A stretch of DNA of 64,000 nucleotides, taken from assembly GCA_045806525.1 (NCBI GenBank), contig JBJMJD010000009.1, positions 6,626 to 70,625 on the forward strand, in the 5' to 3' direction. The notes below the pieces were generated by a model. It saw nothing but the letters and a program-made list of their open reading frames with translations. It had not been told where the DNA came from and ran no database searches. Both the position numbers and the translations under genes were made by a program. The stretch's first letter is position 1, and each line of letters opens with the position of its first letter. Below are positions 53,799-61,268 of the stretch, piece after piece. This DNA is from Gaiellales bacterium (GTDB lineage: Bacteria > Actinomycetota > Thermoleophilia > Gaiellales > JAICJC01).

Positions 53799-55502
53799 TC
53801 AGGGTTGCACGGTGCTCCGGAACCGCACCAGCCGGACCGCAAGGCCCAGCTCGAACCAGCTGCCCGGCTCCCGCACGTCGCGGTCGATGATCTCTCCGAT
53901 CCGGCGCAGGCGCTGGCGGAGGGTGTTGCGGTGGATGAACAGCGCCTCGGCCGAGCGACGGGCGTTGCCATGCTGCTCGAGGTAGACCTCGAGCGTCCGG
54001 AACAGCTGGCTGCCACGGCGTGCATCCGTCTCCTGCAGCCGCACCAGCGCCAGCTCCAGCGGGTCGGGGTCGCCTTCGCGGGAGATCGTCCACAGGTGCC
54101 GCTGTGCGCCCAGCGCCTGGTAGCTCCGCACGCCGCTGCCCCCGGCGCGGGCAATCGTGGCGGCGATCCGGGCCTGACGCACGGCGCTCTGCGGATCGTC
54201 GCCGGCGGGCTCGCTGATGCCGGCTCCGGCGCCCGGGGGCAGCGACCGGGCCAGCAGCTGCTCGAGCCGCGGCCGCCAGCTCTGGCTGGCGATCGGCACC
54301 AGCGCCGACAGCTCATGCGCGCGCGCGTCGATCACGGTCTGTGGGAAGCTGCCCGCGAGCTGCTCGCCGAGCGCGCCCCATAGCCGGTCGGGGTCGCCTC
54401 CCGCCGCGGCCTCCGCCAGCACCACCACATGGGGCCGGTCGAGCGGCACCGACTCACCCGCTCGCAGCGCCTCGAACAGCTGCCGTGCCCGCGTCCGCTG
54501 GGCGGCGGCGTCGCGCCGTCGATCCTCCTCGAGAGCCAGCGCGGCATGGTTGGCTATGGTCGCGATCAGCTCGGTGTTGTCGGTCGAGAGAACGCGTCGC
54601 TCCTGCGAGAAACAGAGCAGCACGCCGGTCGGCCGTCCCTCCAGCCGCACCGCAGCGGCGAACAGGGAGCGCGCACGCGGGTGCAGCGCCAGCTCGGGCG
54701 CGTCGTCCAGCGCGATGCTGGCCGGCCCGCCGCCCAGCAGCCGGGCCCAGGCGCGGGTCGCTGCGATCGGCTCACCGCTCAGCCGGGCCTGGTCGCTTGA
54801 TGCCCAGGCCTCCACCAGCAGCCGATCACGCGCCGCGTCGAACCGCAGCAGGGCCGCCAGCGAGCCGTCCAGCAGCTCCATGGTCGCGATCGCGAGACGG
54901 TGCATGGTCTCGCGTGGGCTGGCCGAGGTCATCCGGTGCGAGAGGTCGGCCAGCCGACGGAACACGTCCACGCTGCGCAGCGCCCGCTCGTGCAGCTGCG
55001 CGTTCTCGACCGCGCCGGCGACCAGGCTGGCGATCGTCTCCAACATCGTCACATCGGAGTCGCTGAACTCGTGCGGCGCCTCGGTGTGCAGGGTCAGCAC
55101 TCCCAGCAGCTGGCCGGAACGGCCCACCACCGGCACCGTCGCCACCGACTGGAAGCGCTCGTCATTGAGGTCGGGCACGTACCGGTAGCGCGCATCCTCG
55201 AGTGGGCGCTCGGTGATGATCCCGGCCTGTCGGGTGAGCGCAGTCCAGCCGGTAAGGCCCTCGCCCATGCCCAGCGAAAAGCGCCCGATCCACTCGGTGT
55301 AGCCGTCGATCGCGCCGCGCACCACCAGCCGCTCCTGCTCGGAGTCCCACAGGTAGACGAGGGCGCCCTGGCAGCGGGTCAGCTCGGCGCAGACCGCTAT
55401 CGCCTCCTCCAGCACGCGGTCGAGGTCGAGGCTGGAGTTGACGCGCGAGGCCAGCGCCGAGATCGCCTCGAGATCGCGCGCGTGCTCCTCGACCCGCACC
55501 AT
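53799..55502 (-). CDS. GAF-domain / PucR-family transcriptional regulator
   Basis: ATG at 55502; 567 aa. N-terminal GAF (LDLDRVLEEAIAVCAELT...GEGLTGW) and a second GAF-like region. C-terminal PucR HTH LFRTLEVYLEQHGNARRSAEALFIHRNTLRQRLRRIGEI. The upstream part of track ORF 53799..56321 is a shadow. Confidence 0.8.
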   Translation of the reverse strand: MVRVEEHARDLEAISALASRVNSSLDLDRVLEEAIAVCAELTRCQGALVYLWDSEQERLVVRGAIDGYTEWIGRFSLGMGEGLTGWTALTRQAGIITERPLEDARYRYVPDLNDERFQSVATVPVVGRSGQLLGVLTLHTEAPHEFSDSDVTMLETIASLVAGAVENAQLHERALRSVDVFRRLADLSHRMTSASPRETMHRLAIATMELLDGSLAALLRFDAARDRLLVEAWASSDQARLSGEPIAATRAWARLLGGGPASIALDDAPELALHPRARSLFAAAVRLEGRPTGVLLCFSQERRVLSTDNTELIATIANHAALALEEDRRRDAAAQRTRARQLFEALRAGESVPLDRPHVVVLAEAAAGGDPDRLWGALGEQLAGSFPQTVIDARAHELSALVPIASQSWRPRLEQLLARSLPPGAGAGISEPAGDDPQSAVRQARIAATIARAGGSGVRSYQALGAQRHLWTISREGDPDPLELALVRLQETDARRGSQLFRTLEVYLEQHGNARRSAEALFIHRNTLRQRLRRIGEIIDRDVREPGSWFELGLAVRLVRFRSTVQP

Positions 55503-55519
55503 GGCGCGAGCATATCGCG

Positions 55520-55542
55520 CCTGTGTGCACGCTGAACACAGG
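55520..55542. promoter_or_regulatory. Inverted repeat CCTGTGT-N9-ACACAGG in the divergent promoter region of the BMC locus
   Basis: A 7-bp perfect inverted repeat containing TGTGCACG. It is adjacent to a second palindrome, GCGCGA-N5-TCGCGC, at 55504-55520. It lies between the regulator start (55502) and the divergent gene start (55575). Confidence 0.3.
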
Positions 55543-55574
55543 CGAATCGGGGGCGATTCCGATAGTCTCGCCAC

Positions 55575-56378
55575 GTGAGCAGCACGACCGTCGTCACGGA
55601 CTGGGCCGAGCGCACCGCCGAGCTGCACCGCGAGCTGATGCCGCAGAAGGACAACCTGTGCGGCGCGTTCTGGGGCGCGCTGGTTCTGACCGCGGCCGGC
55701 GTGCACGGGATTGACCAGGACCTGGTCGCGCAGGAGTCGGGCACGCTGCTGCCGGAGGGCGGCGAGCCACCGCCGCTTGCAGGCGTCGAGTCGCGGGTGG
55801 ACTACCGCCTTGAGCTGCCGCTGGCGCCTAGGCCTCAGTCCGGCACGCCGGGGCGGGGGCTGGCGATCGCGATCGAGCGCCTGTCGGCCGGCCGCCTGGC
55901 GGCGGTGCCGGTGGCCGGTCCCTGGACGGCCGAGACGGTGGCCGAACTGCTCTCGCTGGACCGGCAGATGCCGCTGATCGCAAACGTCGACACCGGCGCG
56001 CTGTGGGGAGCGTCTGCTGACCGCAAGCAGGTGCAGCGCCACCTCGACACCGGAGCGGACGACGGCCCCGCGGCCGACTGGTCTGTTGGCCACTTCGTCA
56101 ACCCGGTGGCAGTTCAGCGCGGGCGGGGTGCCGCCATCGTCACTGTCCGCGACACGTACCCCGCGATTGCCGGAGGCGTCCACCTGCAGCCGGCGTCGCG
56201 CCTTGCCGCGGCGCTTCGCCGTGACGACGGGCGCGAGGGCGGCGTGCTCTGCGTGTGCGATGCTGGGCGAGCCGCCGGCCTCGAGCGCGACCTGGCCGCG
56301 GGCGGGTTGCAGGTTCGCCATTGGGACAACGGAACCCCCGAACGCCTGTCAAGGCATGGGCGGGGAAGGAGGGGATAG
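55575..56378 (+). CDS. Hypothetical protein with papain-like Cys/His/Asp pattern (phytochelatin-synthase-like?, unverified)
   Basis: 267 aa. Gln24-x4-Cys29 (PQKDNLCGAFWGALVL), His173 (DWSVGHFVNPV) and Asp193 (VTVRDTY). The His-Asp spacing is close to that of gamma-glutamylcysteine peptidase/PCS-type enzymes. The stop abuts the GS-like start. Confidence 0.4.
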   Translation: MSSTTVVTDWAERTAELHRELMPQKDNLCGAFWGALVLTAAGVHGIDQDLVAQESGTLLPEGGEPPPLAGVESRVDYRLELPLAPRPQSGTPGRGLAIAIERLSAGRLAAVPVAGPWTAETVAELLSLDRQMPLIANVDTGALWGASADRKQVQRHLDTGADDGPAADWSVGHFVNPVAVQRGRGAAIVTVRDTYPAIAGGVHLQPASRLAAALRRDDGREGGVLCVCDAGRAAGLERDLAAGGLQVRHWDNGTPERLSRHGRGRRG

Positions 56379-57713
56379 GTGGCCACTGACACCACGATCG
56401 GCGCCGCTCAGGTGCTCGACGGTTGGCGCGCCCAGGGGATCCGCTTCGTGCGGTTCGAGCTGCCCGACATGCACGGCACCAGCCGAGCCAAGATGGTGCC
56501 GATCGAGCGGGCCTACGGCTACGCCGAGTCGGGGCTGAACATGTACGGCGGCGTTGCCGTCCTGGACAGCAGGTCTGACGTCGTGGGTGGAACGCTCTAT
56601 CACGAGGAGGTCGCATACGGCGACCAGCTGCTGTTGCCCGATCTGGAGACGGCCGCGGTGGTACCCTGGCGCGAGGCCACGGCGCGCTGGATCTGTGATT
56701 CCACCTGGGCCGACGGCACCCCGCTCGAGGCGTTGCCGCGGCGGGTCTGGCGCACACAGCTGGAGCGCGCCCGCGCGCTCGGCTACGAGCCCCTGATCGG
56801 GTACGAGCCGGAGTTCTACCTGCTGACCGCCGACCAGGAGCTGCTGTTCGAGGGCTACCACATCTTCAACGTCACGCGGAACACGTACGTGCCCTTCATC
56901 CAGGAGCTGGTCGAGCAGCTGAACGCGTATGGGCTCGAGGTGATCACGGCCAACTGCGAGTACGCCGGCTCGCAGTGGGAGCTGCCCTGCCTGCCGCAGC
57001 GCGGCATGGCCGGTCCCGACCGCTGCTTCTCGTTCAAGAACGCGGTCAAGGAGCTGGCCCACCTGCACGGCTACACCGCCACGTTCATGAGCAAGCCGTT
57101 CGCCGACTCGGCTGGATCGGGGCTGCACACCCACGTGTCTCTGCTGAACGTCGCCGACGGCGGCAACGCGTTCGGGGATGCGTCAGACGAGGCCGGTATC
57201 TCGGCCGCGTGCCGCAGCTTCATCGCCGGCAACGTGCGCCACGCCGCTTCCACCTATGCGCTGCTGGCTCCGACGGTGAACTGCATGAAGCGCCGCCGCA
57301 CGCACACGTTCAGCCCCACCAACGTGTCCTGGGGGCTGGAGGATCGCTCGGCGCTGATCCGGATAAAGGGCGGCACCACCGAGTCGAGGCACATCGAGCA
57401 CCGTGCTCCCACCGGCCTGGCCAACCCATACCTGGTGGGGGCGGCGATTCTGGCGGCCGGGCTGAACGGCATCGAGGACGGCCTCGAGCTGGAGCCGGCC
57501 GCTCATCCGCCGGCCGAGGAGGACGAGTCGCGGGCGAAGCTGCCGACATCGGTGCGCGAGTCGCTGGAGGCGCTGGAGGCGGACGAGCGGATTGCGGGCG
57601 CCCTCGGCCAGGACTTCGTCACCGCCTACGGCGTGATGCGACGCCACGAGCTGTCCCGCTTCGACGATCACGTTACCGACTGGGAACGCAACGAGTATGT
57701 CGAGATCTACTAG
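56379..57713 (+). CDS. Glutamine-synthetase-like ligase (gamma-glutamyl-amine synthetase candidate; GmaS/PuuA/GlnA-like family)
   Basis: GTG at 56379 follows GGAAGGAGGGG; 444 aa. Has a GS beta-grasp N-terminus (IRFVRFELPDMHGTSRAKMVP). Catalytic-domain motifs YEPEFYL, KPFADSAGSGLHTHVSL, NVSWGLEDRSALIRI. Confidence 0.85.
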   Translation: MATDTTIGAAQVLDGWRAQGIRFVRFELPDMHGTSRAKMVPIERAYGYAESGLNMYGGVAVLDSRSDVVGGTLYHEEVAYGDQLLLPDLETAAVVPWREATARWICDSTWADGTPLEALPRRVWRTQLERARALGYEPLIGYEPEFYLLTADQELLFEGYHIFNVTRNTYVPFIQELVEQLNAYGLEVITANCEYAGSQWELPCLPQRGMAGPDRCFSFKNAVKELAHLHGYTATFMSKPFADSAGSGLHTHVSLLNVADGGNAFGDASDEAGISAACRSFIAGNVRHAASTYALLAPTVNCMKRRRTHTFSPTNVSWGLEDRSALIRIKGGTTESRHIEHRAPTGLANPYLVGAAILAAGLNGIEDGLELEPAAHPPAEEDESRAKLPTSVRESLEALEADERIAGALGQDFVTAYGVMRRHELSRFDDHVTDWERNEYVEIY

Positions 57714-57907
57714 ATGGTTGGTTTCACGGGATGCGTGGATGCTGGTCGCAGGATGGGGCGCGTTGGGCGTCGGGAGCGTCCGCAGGGCAGGCTGGATGAT
57801 GTCCTGGCCGAGGACGATCGTGGCGTTCGGCGTGTCCCGGACCAGTCCGGCGCCGCGTAGCTCGTGGAACAACCATCTCTGCCGGCGACGCTGGGCGTGA
57901 CCGGGCG

Positions 57908-58579
57908 ATGAGGATCTCGGTCTTCATCACCTGCTTCAACGACACCCTGTTCCCGCAGACCGGCAGGGCGATGGTGGAGCTGCTGGAGCGGCTGGGGCAC
58001 GACGTCGAGTTCCGCCCGGAGCAGACGTGCTGCGGCCAGATGCACCTGAACAGCGGCTACCGCGACGAGGGGCTGGAGCTGGCGTCACGGATGCGGCGCG
58101 TATTCGACGGCGCCGAGGCGATCGTGACCCCGTCGGCCTCGTGCGCCGGCCACGTGCTCGAGCACGCGCCGGAGCTGCCGGTGCACGAGCTGTCGCAGTT
58201 CCTGACCGGCGTGCTCGGCGTCGAGGACGTCGGCGCGCGCTACCCGGCGCGGGTCGCGTATCACCCCACCTGTCACTCGCTGCGCACCCTGCATGTGGGG
58301 GACGGGCCGGGCCGCCTGCTCGCCGCCGTCCACGACCTCGATCTGGTGAAGATCGACGAGAGCGATCAGTGCTGTGGCTTCGGAGGCACCTTCGCGGTGA
58401 AGAACGCGGAGGTGTCGATGGCGATGCTCGACGACAAGCTGTCGGCCATCGAGCGCAGCGGCGCTGAGGCCGTCACCGCCGTCGACAACTCATGCCTGAT
58501 GCAGATCGGCGGCGGGCTCTCGCGGCGCGGCTCGCCGGTGCGCACGGTGCACCTGGCAGAGATCCTGGCGGCCACGTGA
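57908..58579 (+). CDS. lutA: L-lactate utilization protein A (CCG-domain Fe-S oxidoreductase)
   Basis: 223 aa: MRISVFITCFNDTLFPQTGRAMVELLERLG..VEF...QTCCGQ, with a second CCG motif CCGFGGTF. Confidence 0.85.
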   Translation: MRISVFITCFNDTLFPQTGRAMVELLERLGHDVEFRPEQTCCGQMHLNSGYRDEGLELASRMRRVFDGAEAIVTPSASCAGHVLEHAPELPVHELSQFLTGVLGVEDVGARYPARVAYHPTCHSLRTLHVGDGPGRLLAAVHDLDLVKIDESDQCCGFGGTFAVKNAEVSMAMLDDKLSAIERSGAEAVTAVDNSCLMQIGGGLSRRGSPVRTVHLAEILAAT

Positions 58580-59952
58580 GCAGCGCCAGGCGCGGCGGTG
58601 CCGCGTTTCCCCAGGCCGCGCACGTGGAGCTGCAAAACACGCAGCTGCGGCGGAACCTCGGCCACGCCACCCGCACGATCCGCGCCAAGCGGGCGGCGGT
58701 CGTTGACGAGCTCGGCAACTGGCAGCAGCTGCGCGAGGCCGGTGCGGCGATCAAGCGCGACGTGATGGCCAACCTGGACAGCTACCTGACGGAGTTCGAG
58801 CGGTCCGCCACCGACGCCGGTGCGACCGTGCACTGGGCGGCCGACGCCGGCACTGCCAACGACCTGGTCGCGGGCATCGTCGCAGCGCACGGCGAGCACC
58901 AGGTGGTCAAGGTGAAGTCGCTCACGACCGACGAGATCGGGCTCAACGACGCGCTTTCGGCCCGCGGCGTGGAAGCACTCGAGACCGACTTCGCGGAGCT
59001 GATCCTGCAGCTCGACGGCGACTGGTCGTCGCACATCCTGGTGCCGGCCATCCACCGCAACCGCACCGAGATCCGCGACCTGCTGCGGCGCACCATCGGC
59101 CCCGCCGACCTGTCGGACGATCCGGCCGCGCTGGCCGAGGCGGCGCGCATCCACCTGCGCGAGCGGTTCCTGCGCGCCCGCGTCGGCATCAGCGGCGCCA
59201 ACTTCGCGATCGCCGAGACCGGCACCCTGGTCGTGCTCGAGTCGGAGGGAAACGGCCGCATGTGCACGACCCTCCCCGACGTGCTGATCAGCGTGGTCGG
59301 GATCGAGAAGCTGCTGCCCCGCTTCGAACACCTGGCCGTGTTCATGCAGCTGCTCCCGCGTAGCTCGACCGGCGAGCGCATGAACCCCTACACCTCCCTC
59401 TGGACCGGCGTCACGCCCGGCGACGGCCCCGGCGAGATGCATGTTGTCCTGATCGACAACGGCCGCAGCGACGTGCTCCGTGACCCGGTCGGGCGCGAGG
59501 CGCTGCACTGCATCCGCTGCTCCGCCTGCCTGAACGTGTGCCCGGTCTACGAGCGCACCGGCGGCCATGCCTACGGATCGATCTACCCCGGGCCGATCGG
59601 GGCGATCCTGACGCCGCAGCTCGAGGGCATCGGCGCGGCCGCCAGCCTGCCATACGCCTCCAGCCTGTGCGGGGCCTGCTACGAGGTGTGCCCGGTCAAG
59701 ATCGATATCCCGCGCGTGCTGGTGCACCTGCGGGGTCTGGCGCGCAAGAGCGGAGCCGAGCGGCGGGCGATGCGGACGCTGGCCTGGCTGTTCGCGGACG
59801 CCGGCCGCTACCGGCGCGCGCAGCGGCTGGCGCGGGTGCTGCCGGCCCGCGTGGCCGGCGCTGGCCCGATGAGGGCGTGGACGGCCGGCCGCGACCTGCC
59901 CCCCGTGGCGCCCCAGAGCTTCCGGGAGTGGTGGCATGAGCGACGCCCGTGA
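58576..59952 (+). CDS. lutB: L-lactate utilization protein B (4Fe-4S ferredoxin-type, LUD domain)
   Basis: GTG at 58576 overlaps the lutA stop (GTGA). Motifs CIRCSACLNVCPVY and CGACYEVCPVKIDIP. The LUD domain carries ISGANFAIAETGTLVVLESEGNGR. Confidence 0.9.
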   Translation: MSSARRGGAAFPQAAHVELQNTQLRRNLGHATRTIRAKRAAVVDELGNWQQLREAGAAIKRDVMANLDSYLTEFERSATDAGATVHWAADAGTANDLVAGIVAAHGEHQVVKVKSLTTDEIGLNDALSARGVEALETDFAELILQLDGDWSSHILVPAIHRNRTEIRDLLRRTIGPADLSDDPAALAEAARIHLRERFLRARVGISGANFAIAETGTLVVLESEGNGRMCTTLPDVLISVVGIEKLLPRFEHLAVFMQLLPRSSTGERMNPYTSLWTGVTPGDGPGEMHVVLIDNGRSDVLRDPVGREALHCIRCSACLNVCPVYERTGGHAYGSIYPGPIGAILTPQLEGIGAAASLPYASSLCGACYEVCPVKIDIPRVLVHLRGLARKSGAERRAMRTLAWLFADAGRYRRAQRLARVLPARVAGAGPMRAWTAGRDLPPVAPQSFREWWHERRP

Positions 59953-60553
59953 GATCGTGCTGGGCCGCGTCCGCGCGGCGCTGGTCGACAGCCCGCAGCC
60001 GGCCGCCACGGCGCTGCCGCCGGCGCCGCCCCCTCCTGCCGACCCGGTCGCGCTGTTCGCAGAGCGCGCGGGCGAGTATCGCGCCGCCGTGCACCGCGTC
60101 GATCGGGCCGGCGTGGCAGAGCGGGTCGCCGAGATCTGCGCCGCCCACGGTGCCCGCCGCCTGGCCGTGCCGGAGGATCTGCCGGGAGGCTGGCTTCCGC
60201 ACGGTGTGGAGGCGACCCGCGATGCGACGGTCTCGGCTCTCGATCGGGTGGACGGCGTGCTCACGGGCTGCGCCGCTGCCATCGCCGAGACCGGCACCAT
60301 CGTGCTGGACGGCGGTCCCGGCCAGGGCATCCGCGCGATGACGCTGGTGCCGGACCTGCACATCTGCGTGGTCCCGGTGGAGCTCGTATGCGCCTCGATC
60401 GGCGAGGCGTTTCAGCGGGTGGAGCCGTCGGTACGGTGCCGCCGCGCGCCGCTGACGCTGATCTCGGGACCGTCCGCCACCTCCGACATCGAGCTGTCTC
60501 GGGTCGAAGGCGTGCACGGCCCACGCCGGCTTGAGATCGTGATCGCCAGCTAG
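59936..60553 (+). CDS. lutC: L-lactate utilization protein C (LUD domain)
   Basis: 205 aa. Motifs ILGRVRAAL, GCAAAIAETGTIVLDGG, and SGPSATSDIE. Confidence 0.8.
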   Translation: MSDAREIVLGRVRAALVDSPQPAATALPPAPPPPADPVALFAERAGEYRAAVHRVDRAGVAERVAEICAAHGARRLAVPEDLPGGWLPHGVEATRDATVSALDRVDGVLTGCAAAIAETGTIVLDGGPGQGIRAMTLVPDLHICVVPVELVCASIGEAFQRVEPSVRCRRAPLTLISGPSATSDIELSRVEGVHGPRRLEIVIAS

Positions 60554-61230
60554 CTGACGACCGGCCAGTCCGGCCGGTCGCGGATCGCGTCGAGGTCGCT
60601 GTCGCCGGCCGACCAGGTGCGCACCGCGTCCGGATCGCCGGCGAAGGCCTGCGACAGCAGCTCGATCGCCTCGTCGTCGCGGCCGGCCAGCGCCCGGTAG
60701 CACGCCGCGTTGTAGAGGATCGAGGTGTTGCCCGGGTGCTCGGCAAGGCCGGCCTTGAGCAGGTCGTAGGCCCCGTCCAGATCTCCGGCCTTCGCGACCG
60801 CGTCCGCCGCGAAGTAGTGCTCCCACGCCGACGGCGTGAAGGCTTCCCCCGGCTTACCGCCGATCGCGAGCACCGTCGTGTTCGGCTCCGCCGCCACGGC
60901 GTGCCGCTTCAGCGCCGGATCGGCCAGGTACACCAGGGAGCCCGCGGGCACGTCGCTGGTCTCGCCGTCCACCGTGAAGGTCGCCCGGCCGTTCAGCACC
61001 AGGTAGATCTCCTCGTGTCCGAGCTGCGTCTCGGTGTGCTCCTCGACCAGGTCGTCGCCGATGTTGGCCGCGGTGTAGGCATTGATGCCGAAGGCACGCA
61101 CGCCCAGCGTGCGCCGCAGCGGCCGCCACTGCAGCGTTCCGTTCACCACCGCCAGGGACGGCACGTCGCCGATCGCGAGCACCTGAAAGCCGTCGGTCAC
61201 CTCCCTCACCTTACCCGCGAAATCACGCAT
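60550..61230 (-). CDS. Cupin-domain protein with C-terminal TPR-like region
   Basis: 226 aa. Cupin core GHEEIYLVLNGRATFTVDGE. The C-terminus AYDLLKAGLAEHPGNTSILYNAACYRALAGRDDEAIELL is TPR-like. Confidence 0.6.
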   Translation of the reverse strand: MRDFAGKVREVTDGFQVLAIGDVPSLAVVNGTLQWRPLRRTLGVRAFGINAYTAANIGDDLVEEHTETQLGHEEIYLVLNGRATFTVDGETSDVPAGSLVYLADPALKRHAVAAEPNTTVLAIGGKPGEAFTPSAWEHYFAADAVAKAGDLDGAYDLLKAGLAEHPGNTSILYNAACYRALAGRDDEAIELLSQAFAGDPDAVRTWSAGDSDLDAIRDRPDWPVVS

Positions 61231-61268
61231 CTAGCGAGGCTCCAGATCTTGGGCTAGAGTTCGTTGCG

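Noticed and set aside
57714-57907. Small ORFs in the GS-like/lutA intergenic region (57697..57900 plus strand; 57724..57945 and the start of 57183..57872 on the minus strand) as possible peptide genes or a gene remnant
   Set aside because: None has a ribosome-binding site or a recognisable motif, and all are mutually overlapping alternative frames. The segment MFHELRGAGLVRDTPNATIVLGQDII is suggestive of a remnant, but I cannot assign it to any family.
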